The notes under the pieces: model-generated
The model's database searches: none
Seen by the model: the letters and a program-made list of their open reading frames with translations, nothing else
What the model was told of the DNA's origin: nothing
Made by a program: the position numbers and the translations under genes
From: Polyangiaceae bacterium
GTDB lineage: Bacteria > Myxococcota_A > Polyangia > Polyangiales > Polyangiaceae
Direction: 5' to 3'
Assembly (NCBI GenBank): GCA_965222375.1
Contig: CBDCTZ010000014.1
Location: 1,184,001 to 1,248,000 of the forward strand
Length of the DNA: 64,000 nucleotides
Shown here: positions 39,031 through 48,713 of the stretch, in pieces
Layout of the letters: every line of letters starts with the position of its first letter
Numbering within the stretch: the first letter of the stretch is position 1

Positions 39031-40190
39031 GCCAGAGAGCACATGCCTTGGCGGCTCCTGCCGCAAACCAAGAGAAGAGCGAGCTGCGCGACCTCCGTCG
39101 GAATGTCGAGATCAACGTCGGCAAGTCCTGCAACAACAAGTGCGTGTTTTGCCTCGACGGCATGCCCTCCAACGAGGACAAGAAGTTCATCGACTTCGAG
39201 GCAATGAAAGAGGAGCTGACACGCTTTCGCGCCGAGGGCTTCGAGTCGGTGGGGTTTCTCGGCGGCGAGCCCACCACCTACTCGAAGATTGGCGAAAGCA
39301 TCGCCTTTGCCCGAGATCTTGGCTACACGCGCATCGCGCTGGCGACGAACGCCATGATGTTTCGCCGTCAGGATTTCGTGGACGAACTGGTCTCGGCAGG
39401 GCTCACGCGGGTCACCATCTCGATGCACGGCCACACTGCTGCCCTGGAAGACCGGCTCACCGCGGTGCCAGGTGGCTTCGAGAAGAAGTGCGCGGCCATT
39501 CGCAACTTGCAGCACAAGCAGCGACAGGGCGCTCTTCGGGACGGCCTCAGCGTCAACATCGTGCTCAATGGCTGGAACTACCGAGCACTGCCGAAGATGT
39601 TGCGTTTCTTCTTCGAGACCATGAGCCTCGCGGACATGCGCGTGAATTTCATTCGCCCCGAGGGCTACGCCGTAGGCAACGCTGACCTCACCCCCACGCT
39701 GACGGATGTGATGCCGGTGCTGATGAAGGCCGTGGTGCTCAACGAGTACCACTTCAAGAAGGAGCTCAGCTTCGGTGGCCTGCCACTTTGCATGTTCCCT
39801 CAAGAGTTTCTCGGCAACCGTCACGTGCTCGAGCGCTACTTGGGTGATGTGTATCGAGATCTTTCGACCAGCTGCTCGATTCGCACCGAAGGGGTCGAAA
39901 CCGGCGTTGCTCTAACCGAAAAGGGTCGTTCCCGTTTCAACTGGCAAGACCGCAAGCGATACGACTTGAAGGATAAGCCCCTTCGCTGTCGGCGCTGCAG
40001 CCTCGACTCGGTCTGCGAGGGCCTGTGGATGGGTTACTCGGATATCTATGGCAGTGACGAACTGTCTCCTCTGTTGTTGGACGCGGGTCGCCTCGTCCGA
40101 GAGCAGCCGGCGCCCACGGTGCCGCCGAGCCCAAAGAAAAGCGCCGTCCCCGACAAACTCCCGCGTCGCCTGACCGTGCTGTCCGTCTGA
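39027..40190 (+). CDS. Radical SAM protein (HxsC-like)
   Basis: GTG overlaps the upstream TGA; CNNKCVFC, LGGEPT, PLC, C-terminal CRRCSLDSVCEG. Confidence 0.88.
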   Translation: MSQRAHALAAPAANQEKSELRDLRRNVEINVGKSCNNKCVFCLDGMPSNEDKKFIDFEAMKEELTRFRAEGFESVGFLGGEPTTYSKIGESIAFARDLGYTRIALATNAMMFRRQDFVDELVSAGLTRVTISMHGHTAALEDRLTAVPGGFEKKCAAIRNLQHKQRQGALRDGLSVNIVLNGWNYRALPKMLRFFFETMSLADMRVNFIRPEGYAVGNADLTPTLTDVMPVLMKAVVLNEYHFKKELSFGGLPLCMFPQEFLGNRHVLERYLGDVYRDLSTSCSIRTEGVETGVALTEKGRSRFNWQDRKRYDLKDKPLRCRRCSLDSVCEGLWMGYSDIYGSDELSPLLLDAGRLVREQPAPTVPPSPKKSAVPDKLPRRLTVLSV

Positions 40191-40290
40191 GAGCCGCGCG
40201 ACGGCCAGTGCGTTGGCGCCGCCGACCGGCACCGCCGACCGCAATGCATCGGGGTTGACGATGTAATGCACCGAAACGACCCTACGACCC

Positions 40291-40755
40291 ATGCCGAAAA
40301 CCGAGGCTGACGCTGAGGTCAGCCAACTCTTTGGCCAGCTCTACTTGCATCTTCACCCGCGGCGTGGGGCCTCCGAGTATCGACCCAATCGCGCTAGCCT
40401 AGCCCTGCTTCGGCACCTGGCTGTTTCGGGCCCCTTGACCGTCGCCGAGGCGTGCAAGCACTTTGGGCGCTCCCAGGCCGCCACGAGCGAAACGTTGTCC
40501 CGCTTGATGACTCGTGGCCTGGTCGCGCGCCACGAGGATGAGCGCGATCGGCGTCGCCACTTGGTGTGGCTGACCGAGGAAGGGCGCCGCGTCGTGAGTG
40601 ACGAAAGTCAGCCCCTCGACCGAGGGCTCGTGGCGGCGGTCCTCGGTCGCATGAACGAATCAAAGCGTCAGCAACTCCTGGCCGGGCTTCGGTCATTCGC
40701 CGATGCCGCGCTTCAACACGCACAGAGCTATCGAAAGGAACACCAAGATGAATGA
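40291..40755 (+). CDS. MarR-family transcriptional regulator
   Basis: wHTH, L..RGLV.R..DERDRR..LVWLTEEG. Confidence 0.88.
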   Translation: MPKTEADAEVSQLFGQLYLHLHPRRGASEYRPNRASLALLRHLAVSGPLTVAEACKHFGRSQAATSETLSRLMTRGLVARHEDERDRRRHLVWLTEEGRRVVSDESQPLDRGLVAAVLGRMNESKRQQLLAGLRSFADAALQHAQSYRKEHQDE

Positions 40756-41002
40756 TTCCAAGACTAGTTGTGAAAGCTGCACGATGCCGATCGAGAGCGG
40801 CCAATACTGCACGTACTGTAGTGACAGCGAAGGTCGTCTGAAGCCCTTCGATGACCGCTTTGGCAGCATGGTGAGCTGGACGATGCGAGAAGACTCGGGG
40901 CTCAGTCGCGCGGAGGCAGAGGCGAAGACTCTTGAGTTCATGGGCACGCTGCCAGCATGGCGGAATCACCCGGACTACATCGCGCGGATGGCCAAAAGCT
41001 GA
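40748..41002 (+). CDS. Putative zinc-ribbon domain protein
   Basis: CESCTMP...YCTYC...LPAW; overlaps the end of marR. Confidence 0.75.
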   Translation: MNDSKTSCESCTMPIESGQYCTYCSDSEGRLKPFDDRFGSMVSWTMREDSGLSRAEAEAKTLEFMGTLPAWRNHPDYIARMAKS

Positions 41003-41037
41003 CGCCCCAGTGCTTGGTTTGACGTGCTGCCGCCGGT

Positions 41038-41865
41038 CTACTCGAACTGGTAGTTCAGCGTAAGAGAGCGGCCGTTTCGAACGACCTGAAGCTCGAGGCT
41101 CTTGCGTCGAGCTGCGCCGGCCAGGAGCTGTAGCAAGCCTTGCGCGTTGCGCACCGAGGTCCCGCCGACCCTGACCACGCGATCGCCTCGGCGCAGTCCG
41201 GCGCGGGCCAGGGGGGCTGACTTGGAGAGCCCTCGAATCACGAAGGCATCGCCCTGCACCAGGCTCTTCAGCCCGCGGGATAGCTCCTCGGGTTTATCCA
41301 AGACCGCGAGCAGCATGCTGCGGTCGACTCGATACTGGCCAGGCTCGACCTCTTCCATGCGGGACAGCACACCTGTGGCGCCTGTGGGGTGGCTACTACG
41401 TTGGCTCGTGCCGAGCGCTCGGTTCTGAACGGGTTGTTGGGGTCGGTTGGCGCTCAATGCAAGCTGACACAAGCGTCGCTCGCGCAGTAGCCATGCGCTG
41501 GGACCTCGCGTCGGATGGTCTCCTACGAACGCGACTCTTGCGCGATCGACGTGTCCACCAAAGCTTCGGGTGATTTGGGCGCCGCCAGGCAGTTCGAAAG
41601 TTGCCAAGGAGTCGCGATTCTCCGCTACGGCGCTGACTGCCGCGAGGCGAAGGCCCGGGCACACGGAAGCCGTGAGGGGGCTGGGAGGTTGGGTCAGCAA
41701 TGGGACATGCTGTTTCTTCGGCTGCTGGGAGATACTCTTGATGCGACTTGCGCGCTGAACCGCGCGTCGAGGACCTGCCCGCATCGGATCAGTGCTCCTG
41801 TCGCCACAGCCCACGAGCAGGAGCGCCACTGCAGTCGCCAATCCAATCCGAAACCCGCAGAACAC
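41038..41865 (-). CDS. GspC-like lipoprotein with a C-terminal PDZ domain
   Basis: Lipobox LVGC; Y.VDRS; AGLRRGDRVVRVGG...VVRNG. Confidence 0.65.
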   Translation of the reverse strand: MFCGFRIGLATAVALLLVGCGDRSTDPMRAGPRRAVQRASRIKSISQQPKKQHVPLLTQPPSPLTASVCPGLRLAAVSAVAENRDSLATFELPGGAQITRSFGGHVDRARVAFVGDHPTRGPSAWLLRERRLCQLALSANRPQQPVQNRALGTSQRSSHPTGATGVLSRMEEVEPGQYRVDRSMLLAVLDKPEELSRGLKSLVQGDAFVIRGLSKSAPLARAGLRRGDRVVRVGGTSVRNAQGLLQLLAGAARRKSLELQVVRNGRSLTLNYQFE

Positions 41866-42431
41866 ACGCCACGTCTAGGGCGAGACCCGTGCCATCGCGA
41901 GTAGCAGGCGGCTCCGGCCTTTTTGCGCGGAGCGCGGCAACGGCTGTATGTGATCGAGACAGATTGTCATCGAACGCAGTCGCCAAGACCCAAAGTGTCA
42001 GTTCGACAGGCTCCGGCGGCGCCGTTTCCCGCAGCTGGGCGGGGGGCGTGGGGCCCGTGGCTGCCGAACCGCTTCGCGAGATTGTGGGGCGCGTGGCTGC
42101 CGAACCGGGTCCCGGCTTCGTGAGATTGGGGATTGGGGTCGGGGCGCGTTGCGGCGCTGGGCCGCGCCTCCCGCTCTGGGCCGAGCGCTTCGGGCGCAAC
42201 TCGCGCTCGGGGGCGACTGACTTGACGAACTCACTGCCCACCCAGCGCGCGGGCGGGCAGATTTGGGGCGGGATTGGGTTGGGCGTCCACCGGCGCTTCG
42301 CTGCGCTGGGATTGACACGCGGGCGACAGCAGTCTGCCGTGGGTGCGGGGGGCATTCGGGAGGCAGGGTGAGAGTAGTGCCCCGCCGGGGGCCAATGATG
42401 CGACCCCAAGACCAAGACTTCAGTCTAGTCG

Positions 42432-44820
42432 CTAGTACTTGCCGTTCGAGAACTCGAACAGGTAGCTGGCGCAGGTCAAGGCGCCGGCGCGGGTGATTCG
42501 GACGTAGAACCACGCCGTGTTGTTGTTGCAGTAGTTCCAGCTAGTGGACTTGGTTGTCCACGGCCTGCAGTTGCCTTCGCCGCAGGGGGAGCTGCCGGAG
42601 CAGCCTGAGGTCGTGCGGTTGAAGTCGGTCTTCCAATCCGTCACGGATGTCTCGCCGTTGGAGAGTTGCACGCCGCCGCTGCCGGGGCAGCCGCCGCGAT
42701 AGACGTCCATTCGATAGCCGTTGCCAGCGTTCAGCAGGAAGCGCATCGAGGCGTGGAACTCGTCACCATTTGTGTCCGTGTCATCCAGTGCCTGGAAGCG
42801 ATACCAAACTTCACGGCCCACGTAGGGCACGTTGCCGGATTGGAGCACCACCTGCGCCGAGGCATCCGGACAGATTGCCGAGGTTGATGGCGCTGGCGCA
42901 GCTATTGCCAGTCGTGACCGGGGTCGGGTTGGCCGCGCACTCGCAACCATCGCCGAAGGTGGTGTTGGTGTCGTAGTAGTTGGCGTTGCAGCTGCCGATT
43001 TCGCAGCCCAGGGCACCGCTACACTTCGGCGTGCCGTTGGAAACGGCGCCGCATAGGGTCACGACGGGGACTTCGGCGGTGTCCACGATGGCGTTGCAGT
43101 TGTTGTCCTTGCCGTCGCACTTCTCGGTGTTGCCGGGGAAGTTTCTGGTTGTCGTTGTCGTTGCAGTCAGCGCAGGAGCGGCTGCCGTCGCCGTCGTTGT
43201 CGACTTCGCCGCCAGAAGCGTCGGCTAGGCCATTGCAGTCGTTGTCTTGGCCGTCGCACTTCTCGGTGTTGCCGGGATAGTTCTGGTTGTCGTTGTCGTC
43301 GCAGTCCACGCAGGAGCGACTGCCGTCACCGTCGTTGTCGGCCTCGCCACCCGGGGCGTCGGCTAGGCCGTTACAGTCGTTGTCCTTGCCGTCGCACTTC
43401 TCGGTGTTGCCCGGGTAGTTCTGGTTGTCGTTGTCGTCGCAATCCGCGCACTTCGGGCTGCCGTCGCCGTCCGCGTCGCCCTCGCCGCCGGGGAAGTCCG
43501 CTAGGCCGTTGCAGTTGTTGTCCTTGCCGTCGCACTTCTCGGTGTTTCCGGGGTAGTTCTGGTTGTCGTTGTCGTTGCAGTCGACACAAGACAGGCTGCC
43601 GTCACTGTCGTTGTCCACTTCACCGCCGGGAGCGTCGAGTAGGCCGTTACAATTGTTGTCTTTGCCGTCACATTGTTCCGGATTGCCCGGGAAGCGGTCC
43701 TTGTCGTTGTCGTCACAATCTGCGCAAGCCCGGCTGCCGTCGCCGTCGCCATCGTTCTCGCCACCCGCCATGTCGGCTAGGCCGTTGCAGTTTGTTGTCC
43801 TTGCCGTCGCACTTCTCGGCGTTGCCTGGGTAATTGTCCTTGTCGTTGTCGTCGCAATCCTCGCAAGCCCGGCTGCCGTCCCCGTCGTTGTCGCCCTCGC
43901 CACCCGGGGCGTTGGCATTGCCGTCGCAATCGTTGTCTTTGCCGTCGCACTTCTCGGTGTTGCCTGGATAGCGGTCCTTGTCGTTGTCGTCGCAATCCTC
44001 GCAGGACAGACTGCCGTCGCCGTCATTGTCGAACTCGCCGCCTTGGGCGTCGGCAACGTTGTTGCAATCGTTGTCTTTGCCGTCGCACTTTTCGGTATTG
44101 CCCGGATAGCGATCCTTGTCGTTGTCGTCGCAGTCGTTGCAGGAGAAATGACCGTCTTGATCGACATCATCTTCGCCGCCGGGAAAGTCCTTGCTGCCGT
44201 TGCAGTCGGTGTCTTTGCCGTCGCACAGCTCCTTGGAGTTCGGGTTGACGTCCTTGTCGGAGTCGTCGCAGTCCTGACAAGCAGGCACGCCGTCACCGTC
44301 CGCGTCCGTGAAGCCGACGCTGCCATCGCAGTTGTAGTCGTTGGGATCAGAACAGTCGTTCTCGGGGGCGCCTGGATAAAACTTGGCGTCGTTGTCGTTG
44401 CAATCGCCCGCCTCACTGGCGTAGCCCGTCGGCTGGTTGCAGGGACGTCTTGGTTATCCCGGAAATGCCGATGCCGTCGCCGTCCTTGTCCTCGTACCAG
44501 GTCTTGGCGTCCGTCGCGTCTTCGTCGATCTGGAGGTCGCAGTCGTTGTCTTTTCCGTCGCAGACTTCCTCTTCGGGCACGCAGGTCGAGGCGTCTCCGG
44601 CGTCAGTGCCGCCGTCCTTGCCGCCGGTTGCGCCAGTCGCACCCGTCCCCCCGGTTGCGCCAGTGGCTCCAGTGCCACCGCTACCGCCGGGCGCGGGATC
44701 CGCCTCGCCGCCGCCAGCGCAAGCTGGGGCCAGCGCAAGCGAAGCTGCGAAAACCAAGAAGAAAAGTCGGCACCAAGCGGATTTGGTGTGCCTCACGTCG
44801 AGTCCCTCCAAGCGCCACAT
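42432..44820 (-). pseudogene. MopE-like putative metal-binding repeat lipoprotein interrupted by four +1 frameshifts (about 794 aa if restored)
   Basis: Four consecutive frame switches at ~44443, ~43792, ~43143 and ~42867; removing one base at each gives a continuous DCDDND..YPGNTEKCDGKDNDC repeat protein; may be sequencing error. Confidence 0.75.
43085..44410 (-). repeat. About 10 tandem 138-bp (46 aa) Asp/Cys-rich repeats
   Basis: Equivalent motifs recur 138 bp apart (e.g. 43981 and 44119). Confidence 0.85.
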
Positions 44821-44974
44821 AACGAGCGGTTGTTAACGGCCTCAATCTTAACATGTGGCCACCCTCGGGTCGGGTGGCTGCCGGGTCGGGCCGCAAACGA
44901 GGTGCGCTATACACCCACATCCTGCGCCTGCCCGCGGCCGCACGAGGCCGAAAATGCTACGATCCCCCCAGAAA

Positions 44975-46774
44975 ATGCAGCTAGCTTGGACCTATGCGCT
45001 GGGCGTGGCCGTGGCGCCGCTTGCGGTCGCGGTCGCCTGCGCGAGCGACGCGGACCCGCCGCCGAGCAGCACGTCGACTGGCGGCGCCGGTGGTGCGGGG
45101 GCCGCCGCGGGCAGTGCCGGCGTGGCCGGCACGGGCGGAGGCACCGGCGGAAAAGACGCTGGCACCATCAACGTCGATGGTGGCATCAAGCTGTGCCCGC
45201 GCTGCTCCGACGATCTGCACGCCATCGTCGACTGTGACGACAAAGTCTTGGAAGCGTGCCTCGGCTCTGACGGCTGTGACAGCGCGACGGTGACGTGCAC
45301 CAACGCTTGCGTCGCGGCAGAGAGCGCCCAGCGTTCGGTGGGTTGCGAGTACTACGCGGTTCAGATGGACCAGCTAAACGATCAAGGGTGCTTCGCGGCG
45401 TTCATTGCCAACACTTGGAACTCCGCCGCTAAGCTGACTGTCGAACTGAACGGGCAGCAACTGCCGCTATCGAACTTCGCCTACATCCCCGTGGGCTGGG
45501 GGCCGACCTTGAACTACGCGCCCATCGGAAGCGCGGGGCTTGCTCCAGGCAAGGTGGCGATCTTGTTTCTGGCCGGACCGGATGGCACTCCTGCGAAGGA
45601 CAAACCCGTGTGCCCCAAGCCATCGGCGGTGCCTGCGGGGACCATGTTGGCGAACAAGAGCGGCAAGGGGCCCGCGTTTCGCATCACTTCCGACGTGCCT
45701 GTGGTGGCCTACCAGATCAATCCCTACGGTGGTGGTTTCGCCGCCGTCACGGGGTCGTCGCTGCTGATCCCCACGAGCGCCTGGGACAAGGAATACCTGG
45801 CCCTGCACGCCTACGACTCTGGGCCGCACCCCACGAGCATGAACATCGTGGCGAAGGAGGACACCACCATCAAGATGTTGCCGACCAACAACATCAAGGG
45901 TGGCAATGGATTGCCCCCAGGCGCTGCATACGGTGACTACACGGTGAGCCTGAAGGCTGGTGAGCACGTGCAGTTCACTCAACTCCATACCCTTTCGGGA
46001 ACGACCATCCAGGCCGACAAGCCGGTGGGCTTCTTTGCTGGTGCCCGTTGCTCACAAGTGCCGACCAATGTGTATGCTTGCGATCACCTGGAACAGATGA
46101 TCCCGCCGATTCAGGCTTTGGGTCATGAATACGTGGGTGTCTCTCACACGCCCCGTAGTGCCGAACCGGCGGTTTGGCGGATCATGGGCATGGTTGCAGA
46201 TACGAAGCTGGCCTACTCCGCGGATGTGGGCGGACCCACCCAGCTCAAGCAAGGGCAGATCATCGAGTTCTCGACCACCTTTCCCTTCTCGGTGAAGAGT
46301 CAGGACAGCGACCATCCCTTCATTCTCATGGCGTACATGACCGGGGGCAGCACCAAAGGCATGACCGGGATAGGCGACGCGGAGTCGGTGCTTTCGGTGC
46401 CACCCGCCCAGTTCCTGACCGAGTACGTGTTTTTCACGGACCCGACCTACCCGGTGACGAACTTGGTCGCGGTGCGTGCGCCGGATAGGAACGGAAGCTT
46501 TGACGACGTGACCCTGGACTGCGCCGGCACCCTCACCGGTTGGAAGAAGGTGGGCAAGTTCGAGTACACGCGCCTCAATTTGACTCAGGGGGACTTCGAA
46601 GGCGTCGGAACGTGCTCAACGGGCGCCCACAAGGTCCACAGCGACGGCAAGTTCGGTCTATACGTCTGGGGCTGGGGTTCCCCGGGCACCAGCACCTTCA
46701 CGGAATACGTCTCCTACGGCTACCCGGCCGGGATGAACATCCAACGTCTGAACCAAGTTGCGTTGCCGCGCTGA
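44975..46774 (+). CDS. IgGFc-binding-protein N-terminal domain lipoprotein
   Basis: Lipobox AVAC; SVGCEYY, ITSDVPVVAYQ, SLLIPTSAW, DHLEQMIPP, SYGYPAG. Confidence 0.85.
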   Translation: MQLAWTYALGVAVAPLAVAVACASDADPPPSSTSTGGAGGAGAAAGSAGVAGTGGGTGGKDAGTINVDGGIKLCPRCSDDLHAIVDCDDKVLEACLGSDGCDSATVTCTNACVAAESAQRSVGCEYYAVQMDQLNDQGCFAAFIANTWNSAAKLTVELNGQQLPLSNFAYIPVGWGPTLNYAPIGSAGLAPGKVAILFLAGPDGTPAKDKPVCPKPSAVPAGTMLANKSGKGPAFRITSDVPVVAYQINPYGGGFAAVTGSSLLIPTSAWDKEYLALHAYDSGPHPTSMNIVAKEDTTIKMLPTNNIKGGNGLPPGAAYGDYTVSLKAGEHVQFTQLHTLSGTTIQADKPVGFFAGARCSQVPTNVYACDHLEQMIPPIQALGHEYVGVSHTPRSAEPAVWRIMGMVADTKLAYSADVGGPTQLKQGQIIEFSTTFPFSVKSQDSDHPFILMAYMTGGSTKGMTGIGDAESVLSVPPAQFLTEYVFFTDPTYPVTNLVAVRAPDRNGSFDDVTLDCAGTLTGWKKVGKFEYTRLNLTQGDFEGVGTCSTGAHKVHSDGKFGLYVWGWGSPGTSTFTEYVSYGYPAGMNIQRLNQVALPR

Positions 46775-46806
46775 GCTGCACGGGCGCGCGATAGTACGGG
46801 GCGCAC

Positions 46807-47079
46807 ATGTGTCGCAACATTCGCACTCTTCACAACTTCGACCCTCCGGCGACGCGCGAGGAAGCGGCTGCTGCTGCCCTCCAATACGTGCGCAAGATCT
46901 CGGGCGCGACGCGCCCCTCCGCCAGGAATACGGCTGCCTTCGAGCGCGCCGTCCGCGACGTCACGGCCGTGACCGAGCGACTGTTAGATGAGCTGGTGGC
47001 GCACTCCCCGCCAAAAAACCGCGATGCCGAACGACAGAAGGCCAAGCTGCGAGCTCAAAAACGCTTTGCGAGTGGCTGA
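46807..47079 (+). CDS. DUF2277-family protein
   Basis: MCRNIRTLHNFDPPAT..E..AAALQYVRKISG. Confidence 0.85.
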   Translation: MCRNIRTLHNFDPPATREEAAAAALQYVRKISGATRPSARNTAAFERAVRDVTAVTERLLDELVAHSPPKNRDAERQKAKLRAQKRFASG

Positions 47080-47138
47080 AGCGCGGCTGCGGCTGGCGAT
47101 CTGCCGGCAGCTAGCTTAGGTCGACCTTCGGAAACACG

Positions 47139-48713
47139 ATGTCGCTGTCGGCCGAAGCAGGGAGGGGCGTCGCGTGGATGACGGCTGGTAAGACCGTGGC
47201 CCAATTCGTCGGGGTTGGCGTATCTCTGGTGCTGGCGCGGCTGCTGACGCCCGAAGACTTCGGGCTCTTGGGCATGGTCGTGGTGCTCGTAGGCTTCCTT
47301 GCCGTGCTGAGCGACCTGGGGCTCACGGCGGCGTTGATCCAGCGTGAGGATCTGCAGGAGCGACATCGCTCCAGCGTGTTTTGGCTGATGTGTAGCGTGG
47401 GGTTCGTCTTGGCGGGCCTGCTGGCACTGTCCGCGCCCTACGTTGCGGCGTTCTACAAAGAGCAGCGGCTGACGACCCTGGTGCGGGTACTCGCAATCGA
47501 CTTTGCGCTGTGGCCCTTCATTGCGGCGCAGCACGCGGTGCTCTCACGGCGCATGGCCTTCAAGGCGATTGCGATGGCGGAGACCGTGAGCGTCGTGGTG
47601 GGTGGCGGCGTCGCGCTGACGCTGGCGTTGCTCAAGTATGGTGTATGGGCGCTGGTGGCTAAAGCGCTGGCTTCGAGTGCCGCTCTCCTGCTCACGTTCT
47701 GGATCGCGTCAGATTGGCGACCGCGTTTCGCGTTTGACCGCGGTGCCATCTCGGATCTGTTCCGATTCAGCTCGAATCTGTTGGGTCACAACATCGTCGG
47801 TTACTGGTCACATCAAACAGACGATCTCCTGATTGGCCGCCGCTTGGGTGCGACGCCCTTGGGCTTGTACACCCGTGCCTACTCCACCGTCATGCTGCCG
47901 GTGCGCGAGGTGGGGACCGTGCTGGGCCGGGTCATGTTTCCGACGCTGTCCAAGATGCAGAGCGAGCCAAAGGAGATGAAGCGCCTGTATCTGCGCGTCG
48001 TTGGGGCCACGGCGCTCCTGACTTTTCCAGCCATGGCGGTTCTCTTCGTCGTCGCCGAGCCACTGACGTTGGTGGTCTTCGGTGATCAGTGGCTGGGGAT
48101 CGTGGCCGTTTTGCGCATTTACGCAGTGGTGGGCGCGTTCCAAGCCATCGCCAGCACGGTGAACTGGATATACAAGGCATGTGGACGCACGGACTTGATG
48201 TTTCGTTGGGGCATCGTGTCGAGCATTGTCATAGTGGCGGCTGTTCTTGTCGGCACGCAGTTTGGAAGCATCGAAGCCATTGCACTTTCCTACGGCATCG
48301 CCCTGGTCGTGTTGCTGTCCTACCCCCACTTCGCCATTCCCGGCCGCTTGATCGGGCTATCGCCGATGGAGGTTTTCAAGACCGTGGTGGGCATTGCTGC
48401 CGCCGCGCTATTGACGGGTGGTTTCAGCTACGGCCTTGGCTTCCTGACCGCGTCTTTCGCCCGGGGACTCGATCTGGCGATTCGGATGACCGCTGCAGGA
48501 GTCGTCTATCTCACCTGTTTGAAGCTGCTGCGAGTGCCCGTGTACGTCGAGTTACGAGAGGCGGCGCGGCAGCGATTGCTGGCGTGGGCCGGAGCGGACT
48601 CCACGGCCAGCATAGAGAGGAGCGAGTCAGCAGAAGCTAGCGAGGCGGCGGAAACGAACGCGTCGGCCAGTGGGGCCGGCTCGGGCAGCGACGTGGGCTC
48701 TCAGTCCAAGTAG
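47139..48713 (+). CDS. Polysaccharide flippase (Wzx/MOP family)
   Basis: LARLLTPEDFG, DLGL..ALIQ, LGLYTRAY, many TM helices. Confidence 0.9.
   Translation: MSLSAEAGRGVAWMTAGKTVAQFVGVGVSLVLARLLTPEDFGLLGMVVVLVGFLAVLSDLGLTAALIQREDLQERHRSSVFWLMCSVGFVLAGLLALSAPYVAAFYKEQRLTTLVRVLAIDFALWPFIAAQHAVLSRRMAFKAIAMAETVSVVVGGGVALTLALLKYGVWALVAKALASSAALLLTFWIASDWRPRFAFDRGAISDLFRFSSNLLGHNIVGYWSHQTDDLLIGRRLGATPLGLYTRAYSTVMLPVREVGTVLGRVMFPTLSKMQSEPKEMKRLYLRVVGATALLTFPAMAVLFVVAEPLTLVVFGDQWLGIVAVLRIYAVVGAFQAIASTVNWIYKACGRTDLMFRWGIVSSIVIVAAVLVGTQFGSIEAIALSYGIALVVLLSYPHFAIPGRLIGLSPMEVFKTVVGIAAAALLTGGFSYGLGFLTASFARGLDLAIRMTAAGVVYLTCLKLLRVPVYVELREAARQRLLAWAGADSTASIERSESAEASEAAETNASASGAGSGSDVGSQSK

Noticed and set aside
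40291..41002. MarR plus zinc-ribbon genes as part of the HxS cluster
   Set aside because: Separated by a 100-bp gap and plausible as an independent two-gene unit; no evidence of linkage
42049..42128. Two imperfect direct repeats (TGGGGC.CGTGGCTGCCGAACCG...GAGATTG) in an intergenic gap
   Set aside because: Only two degenerate copies and no associated gene or recognisable RNA family
43085..44410. Regular repeats that could suggest a CRISPR array
   Set aside because: The 138-bp units are degenerate at third codon positions and encode a protein repeat; there are no unique spacers or cas genes
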